Shown here: positions 15,272 through 23,192 of the stretch, one piece after another | Numbering within the stretch: the first letter of the stretch is position 1 | How the letters are laid out: the number at the start of each line of letters is the position of its first letter | Assembly (NCBI GenBank): GCA_035489505.1 | Contig: DATHKF010000684.1 | Span: 1-32,281, forward strand | From: Bacteroidia bacterium | Lineage (GTDB): Bacteria; Bacteroidota; Bacteroidia; Palsa-965 | Direction of reading: 5' to 3' | Length of the DNA: 32,281 nucleotides | Made by a program: the position numbers and the translations under genes | The notes under the pieces: model-generated | What the model saw: the letters and a program-made list of their open reading frames with translations, nothing else | The model's database searches: none | What the model was told of the DNA's origin: nothing

Positions 15272-15874
15272 TCAATCCATCAATTTTCTTCGGATGAACA
15301 TTTTCCGGATGGAGTTCGTAAACCGCTTGTCGGTCGGGTATTTACGGTCCGTGGTGATGTTGTTAAAAATCAGCGCGACAACGAAAAGTATGAGCGTGCC
15401 GGTCAACACCGGTGACAGTACATACCAGTAACCGAGCGCTTTGATTTTTTCCGAACCGATCACCGCAATCAATGCCGTAGCACCGCCGGGAGGATGCAGG
15501 GTTTTGGTGATCTGCATGAATACAATGGAAAGTGCAACTGCCAGCGGAGCGGTAATCCAGATAATGTCAGGCAGAAATTTGTAGATTGTTACGCCGATCA
15601 ATGCAGAAATGACGTGACCGCCGATTAAGTTCCGCGGCTGCGCCAGTGGACTTTGAATGGCACCGTAAACCAAAACGCTCGATGCTCCAAAAGAACCGAT
15701 CAGGAAAATGTTTTCATCCCGGCTCAATAAACTTCCCTGGAAAAAAGCAATTAATCCGATGCCGATGAATGCTCCGATGAACGACCAGAAGTGTTCTTTG
15801 TAGTCGACTAAAGTTTCTTTGTAAATGACGTATCGTGAAACGCGCAGTCCACGCTTTATCCCTTTTTTAACCAT
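15272..15874 (-). CDS. HPP-family integral membrane protein
   Basis: Multi-TM protein containing the signature TKTLHPPGGATALIAV. Confidence 0.85.
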   Translation of the reverse strand: MVKKGIKRGLRVSRYVIYKETLVDYKEHFWSFIGAFIGIGLIAFFQGSLLSRDENIFLIGSFGASSVLVYGAIQSPLAQPRNLIGGHVISALIGVTIYKFLPDIIWITAPLAVALSIVFMQITKTLHPPGGATALIAVIGSEKIKALGYWYVLSPVLTGTLILFVVALIFNNITTDRKYPTDKRFTNSIRKMFIRRKLMD

Positions 15875-15920
15875 TCACTTAAAGTTCTGTTTTGCAATAC
15901 TTATTGAATTCTGTTTTTTT

Positions 15921-16030
15921 ATTGAAACCGCTTAAGCGGTTGAACCTCCAGTTGTATTCATTGCCGGGGGCTTAAGCCCCCGGCAATAGAAAAGGGCGGG
16001 TTGCCAAAACGGTTTTTAACCGTTTTTTCG
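15921..16030. repeat. Three-hairpin module, family E free copy
   Basis: AACCGCTTAAGCGGTT (15926-15941, perfect palindrome); ATTGCCGGGGG-CTTAAG-CCCCCGGCAAT (15960-15987); AAAACGGTT-ttt-AACCGTTTT (16006-16026). The same three modules, in the same order, occur inside element A3 at 22911-23005. Confidence 0.8.
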
Positions 16031-16060
16031 AATACATTTTTATGCCCCTCGAATTTCTTT

Positions 16061-16094
16061 AAAAACAAAAAAAACATGCCTTACAGCATGTTTT
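16061..16094 (-). terminator. Intrinsic terminator of the cold-shock gene
   Basis: The minus strand reads AAAACATGC-tgtaag-GCATGTTTT followed by TTTTGTTTTT, 32 nt after the stop. Confidence 0.8.
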
Positions 16095-16125
16095 AATAAT
16101 TCCAAAATGGAATTGGGATTGGGAA

Positions 16126-16317
16126 TTAAGCCAATTGAACGCGTACTGCGTTTGGTCCTTTTTTCCCCTGCTCAACTTCAAATTTTACTTTGTCGTTTTC
16201 GCGAACCTCGTCGATTAATCCTGTAACGTGTACGAAGATTTCTTCTTGTGAATCGTCGCTTACAATAAATCCAAATCCTTTGGAATTATTAAAAAATTTT
16301 ACTGTACCTGTTCTCAT
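16126..16317 (-). CDS. Cold-shock protein (CspA family)
   Basis: 63 aa. GTVKFFNNSKGFGFI (RNP1) and FVHVTGL (RNP2-like). Confidence 0.95.
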   Translation of the reverse strand: MRTGTVKFFNNSKGFGFIVSDDSQEEIFVHVTGLIDEVRENDKVKFEVEQGKKGPNAVRVQLA

Positions 16318-16416
16318 TAGATTGATTAATTAATTGAATAATGGTGTAGAGGGTAAATTTACGACTATATCGCCAATAAATTGCACTGCATGCGATATTA
16401 GCCAATTTTGGCAGGT

Positions 16417-17148
16417 TTATGCCTGTTTTCCGATGCGAAAGAAGAGCGGAAAGTCCAATTCGAACTTTTTGAGGCCCGTTGCCGCCAAACGGGTTTTGAG
16501 CTCAGGCAACGGATTATGCGACGTTTTTTTCAGGTAATGCTGCAACGCAGACCAGGTTGAAAAGTATCCCATGAACTGATCGATGTCCCAGGAATAGGTC
16601 ATGTGATATTTTTTTAATTCAATTTCCCGGAACGGAAAAGGGATCGTTGTGTATGCTTCATCAATCAGTTTACGTTCCCGGTCCCAGTACGGTCCTACGA
16701 TGTTGTGGTAAAAATCCTGGATGATCGCATCAGTCACCGGATCTGATCGCATAACGCCGTACCCGATCAGTGCAACGATTCCGTTTTTTTTGAGCACGCG
16801 TTTTACTTCGGCATAGAACGCGTCGAAATCAAACCAGTGCACGGCCTGCGCAACGGTAACAAGATCAACACTGTGATTTGAGAACGCCGTAGTTCCTGAA
16901 TCGCTGATGCTGTAATCGACGTTTGATTTTTTCGCGGCGTTGGCCAGTTGCTTTTCGCTGATATCCGTTCCGGTAACGCGCGTAAAATGTTCAGCGAGCA
17001 TCACGGCCAGTTGTCCATTTCCGGTTCCGGCATCCCAGGCGAGATCGTGTGATGCGCACAACGAAGAAATTTCTTCAACCAGTTCCGCAGGGTATGTCGG
17101 ACGAAATTTTGCGTACTCGGAAGATTGGGTGGAGAAGAGATCTTTCAA
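16417..17148 (-). CDS. Class I SAM-dependent methyltransferase
   Basis: Motif I is LAWDAGTGNGQLAVMLAEHF. The N-terminus KDLFSTQSSEYAKFRPTYP is typical of this subfamily. The only available start is the TTG at 17148, because a stop lies 3 codons upstream. Confidence 0.8.
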   Translation of the reverse strand: MKDLFSTQSSEYAKFRPTYPAELVEEISSLCASHDLAWDAGTGNGQLAVMLAEHFTRVTGTDISEKQLANAAKKSNVDYSISDSGTTAFSNHSVDLVTVAQAVHWFDFDAFYAEVKRVLKKNGIVALIGYGVMRSDPVTDAIIQDFYHNIVGPYWDRERKLIDEAYTTIPFPFREIELKKYHMTYSWDIDQFMGYFSTWSALQHYLKKTSHNPLPELKTRLAATGLKKFELDFPLFFRIGKQA

Positions 17149-17180
17149 GTGACAAATTTAGCAATTGGTCGCTTGTACTG

Positions 17181-17247
17181 CGTCATCGCGAGGCACGAAG
17201 CGATCCCATCTCTTAAAGAAGGGACTGCTTCGTGCCTCGCAGTGACG
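17181..17247. repeat. Palindromic element, family D copy 1
   Basis: CGTCATCGCGAGGCACGAAGC...GCTTCGTGCCTCGCAGTGACG. The reverse complement aligns with 23063-23132. It ends exactly at the TAA (17248-17250) of the next gene. Confidence 0.75.
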
Positions 17248-18312
17248 TTACCGCGGTCTTGGAGAACGAGGCACTGGTCGTGGCTGCGGACGCGGTGCCG
17301 GAGTTGGCCGTGGAGCCGGTGCAGGATTTACACGTGGCCTTGGCGCAGGTGCCGGTTGTGGTTTCACATCTGGTCGTGGTGCAGGCGCAGGCGGTGGTTG
17401 CACATTATCCTTGCGTTGCGGTGCCGGTGCGGGTTGTGCATTGTCTTTTCGTTGCGGCGGTGACGGATCACCACGCTGTTGTGGTGCATTCGACGGAGTT
17501 GCGGTTGATTTACGCGGCGGATCGTTTGCACGTGGTTTTCCACCGGTTGCATCTGCGTAACGCGTGCGTGCTCCTTCAGTACGCTGCTCGACACTGGTTG
17601 AAGTTACGCGTCGCGGTTGGTACACGGAGTGCGCGTCGTGCATGTGATACGCCGGTGCGCAGCAATAGTAGTAATCGTGATAGACGTAGACCCAACCATA
17701 GTACGTGTAATAAGGATAGGGTGCCCACGGATCGTACCAGTATGGATAATACGCCCAGTAGTACGGCGAAACCCAGATTACATAACCGGGATAGTATACG
17801 TATTGCACACAAGGCCAGTACCAGACATTCACAAACACCCATTGCGGCGCTGCGAATTCCTGCCAGTGTGCATCGTCTGTCGCAGTTGAATCTTCATTGC
17901 GCGGTTCCACGATGTAATTTTTTCCGTAGAGCAATTCATCACCGATGATCTGCACCTGCGCGGAATTATCATCGCGTTTTTCCAATTCGATCACGGCAAC
18001 GTCCTGCGATTCTTTATCGTTGACCGGAACGCGCAACACGAAGGCATGCGCATTGTCTTTTTTCAGATCGTGCACGGTGATGTAATCGACGTTGCCGTCG
18101 CCGTTCAGGTCCAGGTTGTTGACTTTCGAATCTTTGGAGTTGAGGCGCTTCTCAAAATTTTCCGGCGAACTTGATTTTTTGAAAAGATCAAGTGTTGCGC
18201 GAAGATCAAGGTGATCTCCGGGCAGGCCAGTAGAATCAGGATTGTCTGCCAATGCTGGTGTAAAAAAACCAAGCGATGCAGAAGCGACGATACATACAAT
18301 GAACTTTTTCAT
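17248..18312 (-). CDS. Secreted protein with an EF-hand-like loop, an extreme Tyr/Trp-rich block and a Pro-rich basic tail
   Basis: The ATG at 18312 gives the signal peptide MKKFIVCIVASASLGFFTPALA. DLNGDGNVDYITVHD is a Ca-loop-like motif. The 66-aa block at 17644-17841 has 22 Tyr and 8 Trp. The C-terminus reads PAPAPRPDVKPQPAPAPRPRVNPAPAPRPTPAPRPQPRPVPRSPRPR. Confidence 0.75.
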   Translation of the reverse strand: MKKFIVCIVASASLGFFTPALADNPDSTGLPGDHLDLRATLDLFKKSSSPENFEKRLNSKDSKVNNLDLNGDGNVDYITVHDLKKDNAHAFVLRVPVNDKESQDVAVIELEKRDDNSAQVQIIGDELLYGKNYIVEPRNEDSTATDDAHWQEFAAPQWVFVNVWYWPCVQYVYYPGYVIWVSPYYWAYYPYWYDPWAPYPYYTYYGWVYVYHDYYYCCAPAYHMHDAHSVYQPRRVTSTSVEQRTEGARTRYADATGGKPRANDPPRKSTATPSNAPQQRGDPSPPQRKDNAQPAPAPQRKDNVQPPPAPAPRPDVKPQPAPAPRPRVNPAPAPRPTPAPRPQPRPVPRSPRPR

Positions 18313-18429
18313 AACGCACAGGATTTGCTTTCTATACAAAACATGCGGCAAGAACTATTCCATGTGGAAATTGGGTTGTTTTGATCGGTTGGGTGAAATG
18401 GGGTGGGGAAGTACGTACACAGTATTACG

Positions 18430-18554
18430 CAAATTCCAAAATCTTTGTCGACTTCGATACAATTAACTGTTGTCACTTCGAGTGTCCGACGAAGGAGGAC
18501 GTATCGAGAACGACAACGGTTAATCACTCAATCTGACAAAGATTTTGGAATTTG
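18430..18554. repeat. Palindromic element, family B copy 2
   Basis: The core at 18438-18546 is ~96% identical to 6519-6628. The copy-specific outer stem CAAATTCC (18430-18437) / GGAATTTG (18547-18554) is perfect. The element ends 2 nt before the hutU TGA. Confidence 0.85.
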
Positions 18555-18556
18555 AC

Positions 18557-20563
18557 TCAGGAAAGTCCGTCGAGCAACGAATCATCCACCAAATTCGGCA
18601 TCGTCACTTTCAACCCCGGCGTACGTTTCATTTCGCGTTCCGCAGTGAACATCGCTTCTTTATTCCGCGCCCAGCTTCTGCGTGCAATTCCGTTGTTCAC
18701 ATCCCAGAACAACATCGATTGCAAACGACGTTCAGAATCGTCACTGCCATCGAGCACCATTCCGAATCCTCCGTTGATCACTTCGCCCCAGCCAACACCG
18801 CCACCGTTGTGCAGTGAAATCCATGTGGCGCCGCGGAAGCCGTCACCGACAAAATTCTGCACCGCCATATCGGCAGTGAACTGTGAGCCGTCATAAATAT
18901 TCGACGTTTCGCGGTACGGCGAATCTGTTCCGGAAACGTCGTGGTGATCGCGGCCGAGAACAACGGGTGCGGAAACTTTTCCGGATGCAATAGCTGTATT
19001 CATGGCTGAAGCAATACGAATGCGTGCTTCTGCATCGGCGTACAAGATGCGCGCCTGCGATCCGACAACAAGATTATTTTTCATCGCGTCCTGGATCCAG
19101 ATGATATTATCGCTCAGCTGCTGCTTGATTTCTGCAGGAGCATGTTTGTACATGTCTTCGAGAACTTCGATCGCAATCGCATCGGTTACTGCAAGGTCTT
19201 TCGCATCGCCGGAAGTACACACCCAGCGGAACGGACCGAATCCGTAATCGAAACACATCGGGCCGAGAATATCCTGAACGTATGATGGATATTTAAACGT
19301 ACCGTCTTCGTTCTTGATATTGGCACCCGCGCGCGAAGCTTCCAGCAGAAACGCATTTCCGTAATCGAAGAAATACATGCCCTCTGCAGCAAGTTTGTTT
19401 ATCGCTTCGGCATGACGGCGCAGCGAAGAACGCACTGCGTCGCCAAATTTCATTGGGTTTTCCGACATGAGCTGATTGGATTCCTCCAGCGAATATCCAA
19501 CCGGGTAATATCCTCCGGCCCATGGATTGTGCAGCGAAGTCTGATCGGTACCCAAATCAACTTTGATTTTTTCTTCCACGAGTTTTTCCCAGAGATCAAC
19601 TACGTTGCCCTGGTAAGCGAGCGAAACAGCTTCTTTTCCGGCACGCGCTTTTTTGATCCGCGCAACCAGTTCGTTGAGATCGCTGTACGATTCATCAACC
19701 CATCCTTGCGAATGACGTGTTTGCGTTGCTTTCGGATTGATCTCCGCAACAACTGCAACCAGCCCGGCAATTTTTCCGGCCTTCGGCTGAGCGCCACTCA
19801 TTCCGCCTAACCCACACGTCACAAATAATTTTCCACGGCGATCTTCTTCGCTCGTCGAAATTTTTCGTGCGGCATTCATCACTGTAATTGTTGTGCCGTG
19901 CACAATTCCCTGCGGACCGATGTACATGAACGAGCCCGCGGTCATTTGTCCGTATTGTGTTACGCCAAGCGCATTGAATTTTTCCCAATCATCAGGTTTG
20001 GAATAATTCGGGATCATCATACCGTTGGTGATCACCACGCGTGGAGAATCTTTGTGCGAAGGAAATAATCCAAGCGGGTGACCGGAATACATCACGAGTG
20101 TTTGCCCGTCGGTCATTGTGGCGAGATACTGCATCGTGAGCAGGTACTGCGCCCAGTTCTGAAAAACCGCGCCGTTACCACCGTACGTAATCAATTCATC
20201 CGGGTGCTGTGCTACTGCGTGATCGAGATTGTTCGACAGCATGTGCATGATTGCAGCGGCCTGTATGCATTGGTACGGGTAATCGTGAATCGGTCGTGCG
20301 TAAATTTTATACCCGGGACGAAACCGGTACATGTAGATCCGGCCGAAAGTTTTTAGTTCTGCTGCGAATTCTTTGGCGAGGACTGGATGATGTTCCGCAG
20401 GAAAATAACGCAGGGCATTGCGGATGGCCAATTTCTTTTCAGCTGCGGAAAGAATATCTTTTCGTTTGGGCGCATGATTGAGCGCAGGATCAAACGACTT
20501 TGCAGCAGGAAGTTTTTCCGGGATCCCGGAGAGGATATGTTTACGAAACTCGTCGCGATGCAT
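18557..20563 (-). CDS. hutU: Urocanate hydratase
   Basis: 668-aa long-form urocanase with collinear conserved blocks (GGNGAVFQNWAQY, TCGLGGMSGAQP, GVGWGEVINGGFG). Confidence 0.96.
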   Translation of the reverse strand: MHRDEFRKHILSGIPEKLPAAKSFDPALNHAPKRKDILSAAEKKLAIRNALRYFPAEHHPVLAKEFAAELKTFGRIYMYRFRPGYKIYARPIHDYPYQCIQAAAIMHMLSNNLDHAVAQHPDELITYGGNGAVFQNWAQYLLTMQYLATMTDGQTLVMYSGHPLGLFPSHKDSPRVVITNGMMIPNYSKPDDWEKFNALGVTQYGQMTAGSFMYIGPQGIVHGTTITVMNAARKISTSEEDRRGKLFVTCGLGGMSGAQPKAGKIAGLVAVVAEINPKATQTRHSQGWVDESYSDLNELVARIKKARAGKEAVSLAYQGNVVDLWEKLVEEKIKVDLGTDQTSLHNPWAGGYYPVGYSLEESNQLMSENPMKFGDAVRSSLRRHAEAINKLAAEGMYFFDYGNAFLLEASRAGANIKNEDGTFKYPSYVQDILGPMCFDYGFGPFRWVCTSGDAKDLAVTDAIAIEVLEDMYKHAPAEIKQQLSDNIIWIQDAMKNNLVVGSQARILYADAEARIRIASAMNTAIASGKVSAPVVLGRDHHDVSGTDSPYRETSNIYDGSQFTADMAVQNFVGDGFRGATWISLHNGGGVGWGEVINGGFGMVLDGSDDSERRLQSMLFWDVNNGIARRSWARNKEAMFTAEREMKRTPGLKVTMPNLVDDSLLDGLS

Positions 20564-20565
20564 AA

Positions 20566-20757
20566 TTATTCAGGTGTGCGGTTGTTGTTCACGTCCTTAT
20601 CGAAACGGCCGGTTTTTTTATTGTACCCGTACGGACAATGTTTACATCCATTCTGGCAACAATATCCTCTTTTCAGGAGGTACTTCGCAGTGAAGACTAC
20701 ATATCCTTCCGGTGAAAAATAGTAATCGTCTTTGTCCAGTTCGCTCAATAACGACAT
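20566..20757 (-). CDS. Small Cys-rich protein, DUF5522-like
   Basis: 63 aa. YYFSPEGYVVFTAKYLLKRGYCCQNGCKHCPYGY. The stop lies 2 nt before the hutU ATG. Confidence 0.6.
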   Translation of the reverse strand: MSLLSELDKDDYYFSPEGYVVFTAKYLLKRGYCCQNGCKHCPYGYNKKTGRFDKDVNNNRTPE

Positions 20758-20876
20758 CAGGGGTAAAGTTACTCGAAGAAGCCCGTCTGCGGCATTTGAA
20801 AACTGAGATTTCGACGTTTTTTTTCTGTTATTGGTCGAATGGTTAATTGATGCAATGCTTTTGCTATTTTTCCACT

Positions 20877-21998
20877 ATGAAAACCAAAGTGGTTCTTGCG
20901 TTGCTTTGCATGGCGGTAATCGTTGTGAATTGCCGTAAAGATCCGGCGCTGGAACCTACGTCGGCTAGCGGACCGGTTTTACCAGCGGTTCCTTACGATT
21001 ACGTGGGCGATGTTGCCGGCATTCCGCAATGGATGTTGAGCGCGCCGCTGAATTTTCTGAATACAGAACCGTCTTCGAATCCCGTAACGAATTGGGGAGT
21101 AACGCTGGGACGGGTTTTATTCTACGACAAAAATTTATCGGCAAACAATACGGTTGCGTGCGGATCATGTCACCATCAGGATCACGCGTTTGCTGATACA
21201 GGTGCAGTAAGCACCGGGTTCCAGGGCGGACATACTTCGAGAAGTTCGATGGCGATTGTCAACCTGCGTTTTTCCAGAACGTTCTTCTGGGATTTACGCG
21301 CAAACGGTCTCGAACAACAATCGATCATGCCGATTCTGAACGCTCTCGAAATGGGTATGGACTCCGTTTCGCTGGTGAACAAAGTGACAGCGCTCAGTTA
21401 TTATCCGGGCTTATTCGAAAAAGCATTCGGAACGCCGGATGTAACGCTACAGCGCATCCAGTTTGCGATCGCACAATTTTTGCGTGCAATGGTTTCGTAC
21501 CGGTCTAAGTACGATGAAGGCGTAGTCAACGGTTTCGTGAACTTTACGCCACTGGAAAACGATGGAATGAATTTATTTTTCAGTGGAACGTTCAGCTGCA
21601 ACCATTGTCATTCGACACAGAATTTTTACGAACGCGATGCACGAAACAACGGATTGGATTCTGTGCATACGGATATCGGCCGTGCGGAAATTACCGGCGA
21701 CCCGAATGACATTGGTAAATTCCGGGTACCCACCTTGCGTAACATTGCGTTGACTGCACCATACATGCACGACGGACGGTTGCGCACGCTCGAAGAAGTG
21801 GTGGAGCACTACAACAGCGGAATTCTCCCAAGTCCAACACTCGATGATCGCATTACAGTGAACCAGACAACGGGTGGCCCGCCTGTGCAGATGAACATGA
21901 CCGCGTATGAGAAAACCGCGCTGGTTGCATTCATGCATACGCTCACGGATCAAACGTTCATCACTGATCCGAAATTTTCTGATCCATTCCAACGGTAA
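20877..21998 (+). CDS. Di-haem cytochrome c peroxidase (CCP/MauG family)
   Basis: Two CxxCH haem motifs (CGSCHHQDHAF; CNHCH) plus PTLRNIALTAPYMHDG. Signal peptide from the ATG at 20877. Confidence 0.9.
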   Translation: MKTKVVLALLCMAVIVVNCRKDPALEPTSASGPVLPAVPYDYVGDVAGIPQWMLSAPLNFLNTEPSSNPVTNWGVTLGRVLFYDKNLSANNTVACGSCHHQDHAFADTGAVSTGFQGGHTSRSSMAIVNLRFSRTFFWDLRANGLEQQSIMPILNALEMGMDSVSLVNKVTALSYYPGLFEKAFGTPDVTLQRIQFAIAQFLRAMVSYRSKYDEGVVNGFVNFTPLENDGMNLFFSGTFSCNHCHSTQNFYERDARNNGLDSVHTDIGRAEITGDPNDIGKFRVPTLRNIALTAPYMHDGRLRTLEEVVEHYNSGILPSPTLDDRITVNQTTGGPPVQMNMTAYEKTALVAFMHTLTDQTFITDPKFSDPFQR

Positions 21999-21999
21999 T

Positions 22000-22863
22000 A
22001 TGATTCAGCTTGCATCCGAAGAGTTAATCACGAACTACTTTCCCGGGATAAAATTACTGGGATTTTTGCGGCTCGATCTTCCCGATCCCGTTGCAGGCGG
22101 TAACAAAAGTTACAAGCTGAAATACCATCTCGAAATTTTCAGGCAAACGGGTTGCGACTACCTGCTTTCTTTTGGCGGTGCATGGTCTAACCACATTGCA
22201 GCGCTGGCATACGCTGGAAAAATTGGCTCGTTCCAAACAATCGGAGTGATCCGTGGAGATGAACTCAATGAAAATTCGAATCCGATGTTGAAGTTCGTTG
22301 CAGCATGCGGAATGAAACTCGAATTTATTTCGCGCGAGAATTACAGGAAGAAAGAAGACACTTCGTTTGTTCTCGACATGATCGACCGGTACGGAACGGT
22401 ATTTTTTGTTCCGGAAGGCGGAGCCGGAGAACAGGGTGTAATTGGTTGCATGGAAATTCTGGATGCAAGCTGCGATCCGTTTGATGAAATCATTGTTCCG
22501 GTGGGTACAGGTGCAACACTGGCAGGACTGGTACGATCAGCGAAAGCACATCAGCGTCTCACGGGCATTGCGGTTCTTGAAGGACAAGGTTACCTGGAGG
22601 ATCGCGTGACAGAACAGCTCGGCGAAGAAACTCCGGCGGCTGCATGGAACCTGATTCATGATTTTACGCTGGGCGGTTACGCAAACAAGTCGGAGGAACT
22701 GAAGAATTTTATCAGCATCATGCAACAACGTTTTGATCTGCCGCTTGATCACGTGTATTCCGGAAAATCGCTTTTTGCTTTGCATAAAATGGCAGCGGCA
22801 GGATCGTTCCGGGGAAGGAATGTGCTGTTCGTGCATACGGGCGGATACGCGTTTGCGGAGTAG
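22000..22863 (+). CDS. PLP-dependent enzyme of the ACC deaminase / D-cysteine desulfhydrase family
   Basis: GGNKSYKLKYHL (PLP lysine region), GGAWSNHIAALAYAG, PEGGAG and HTGG. The ATG is 1 nt after the upstream TAA. Confidence 0.8.
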   Translation: MIQLASEELITNYFPGIKLLGFLRLDLPDPVAGGNKSYKLKYHLEIFRQTGCDYLLSFGGAWSNHIAALAYAGKIGSFQTIGVIRGDELNENSNPMLKFVAACGMKLEFISRENYRKKEDTSFVLDMIDRYGTVFFVPEGGAGEQGVIGCMEILDASCDPFDEIIVPVGTGATLAGLVRSAKAHQRLTGIAVLEGQGYLEDRVTEQLGEETPAAAWNLIHDFTLGGYANKSEELKNFISIMQQRFDLPLDHVYSGKSLFALHKMAAAGSFRGRNVLFVHTGGYAFAE

Positions 22864-22880
22864 TCCGGAGTAGGGAGTTC

Positions 22881-23044
22881 GGTAGTGTCTCAGTTTGGCC
22901 ATTGGGGATTTTTGAAAACCGCTTAAGCGGTTGAATGTTTAGGACTGTTCATTGCCGGGGGGCAATGAACCCGGTAAACCAGCTCAACGGTTTTAACCGT
23001 TTCCATGCCACAAATCTTAACTGATTTCAAACTGAGACACTACC
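22881..23044. mobile_element. MITE-like element, family A copy 3, carrying family E cargo
   Basis: Perfect 16-bp TIRs GGTAGTGTCTCAGTTT / AAACTGAGACACTACC, with a perfect 8-bp direct repeat GGGAGTTC immediately outside both ends (22873-22880, 23045-23052). Confidence 0.7.
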
Positions 23045-23062
23045 GGGAGTTCGGAGGCTAGC

Positions 23063-23132
23063 CGTCACTGCGAACGCTCTTCAGCGAAGCAGTCCCCTCT
23101 TTGAAGACGGGATTGCTTCGTTCCTCAATGAC
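23063..23132. repeat. Palindromic element, family D copy 2 (degenerate)
   Basis: CGTCACTGCGA...GAAGCAGTCCCCTCTTTGAAGACGGGATTGCTTCGTTCCTCAATGAC aligns with the reverse complement of 17181-17247. The left arm is disrupted. Confidence 0.6.
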
Positions 23133-23192
23133 ATTGACCCGACTCGCGCCTTCGCACCCCTTACTCCAAACTTATTTTACTACTTTTCACCC

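Noticed and set aside
17153-17160. TAAATTTG box 4 nt upstream of the methyltransferase TTG start, as a promoter feature
   Set aside because: It is an exact TAnnTTTG match, but a transcript starting here would have to be leaderless on a TTG codon, which is implausible. I mention it in the promoter finding but do not call it a feature.
17232-17948. 238-aa +strand ORF (and 17125-17463, 17617-17889) opposite the Tyr/Trp/Pro-rich gene
   Set aside because: This is the antisense reading of GC-rich Pro/Tyr codons. It gives an Arg/Val/His-rich product with no motifs, and the minus-strand gene has a signal peptide and a coherent domain layout.
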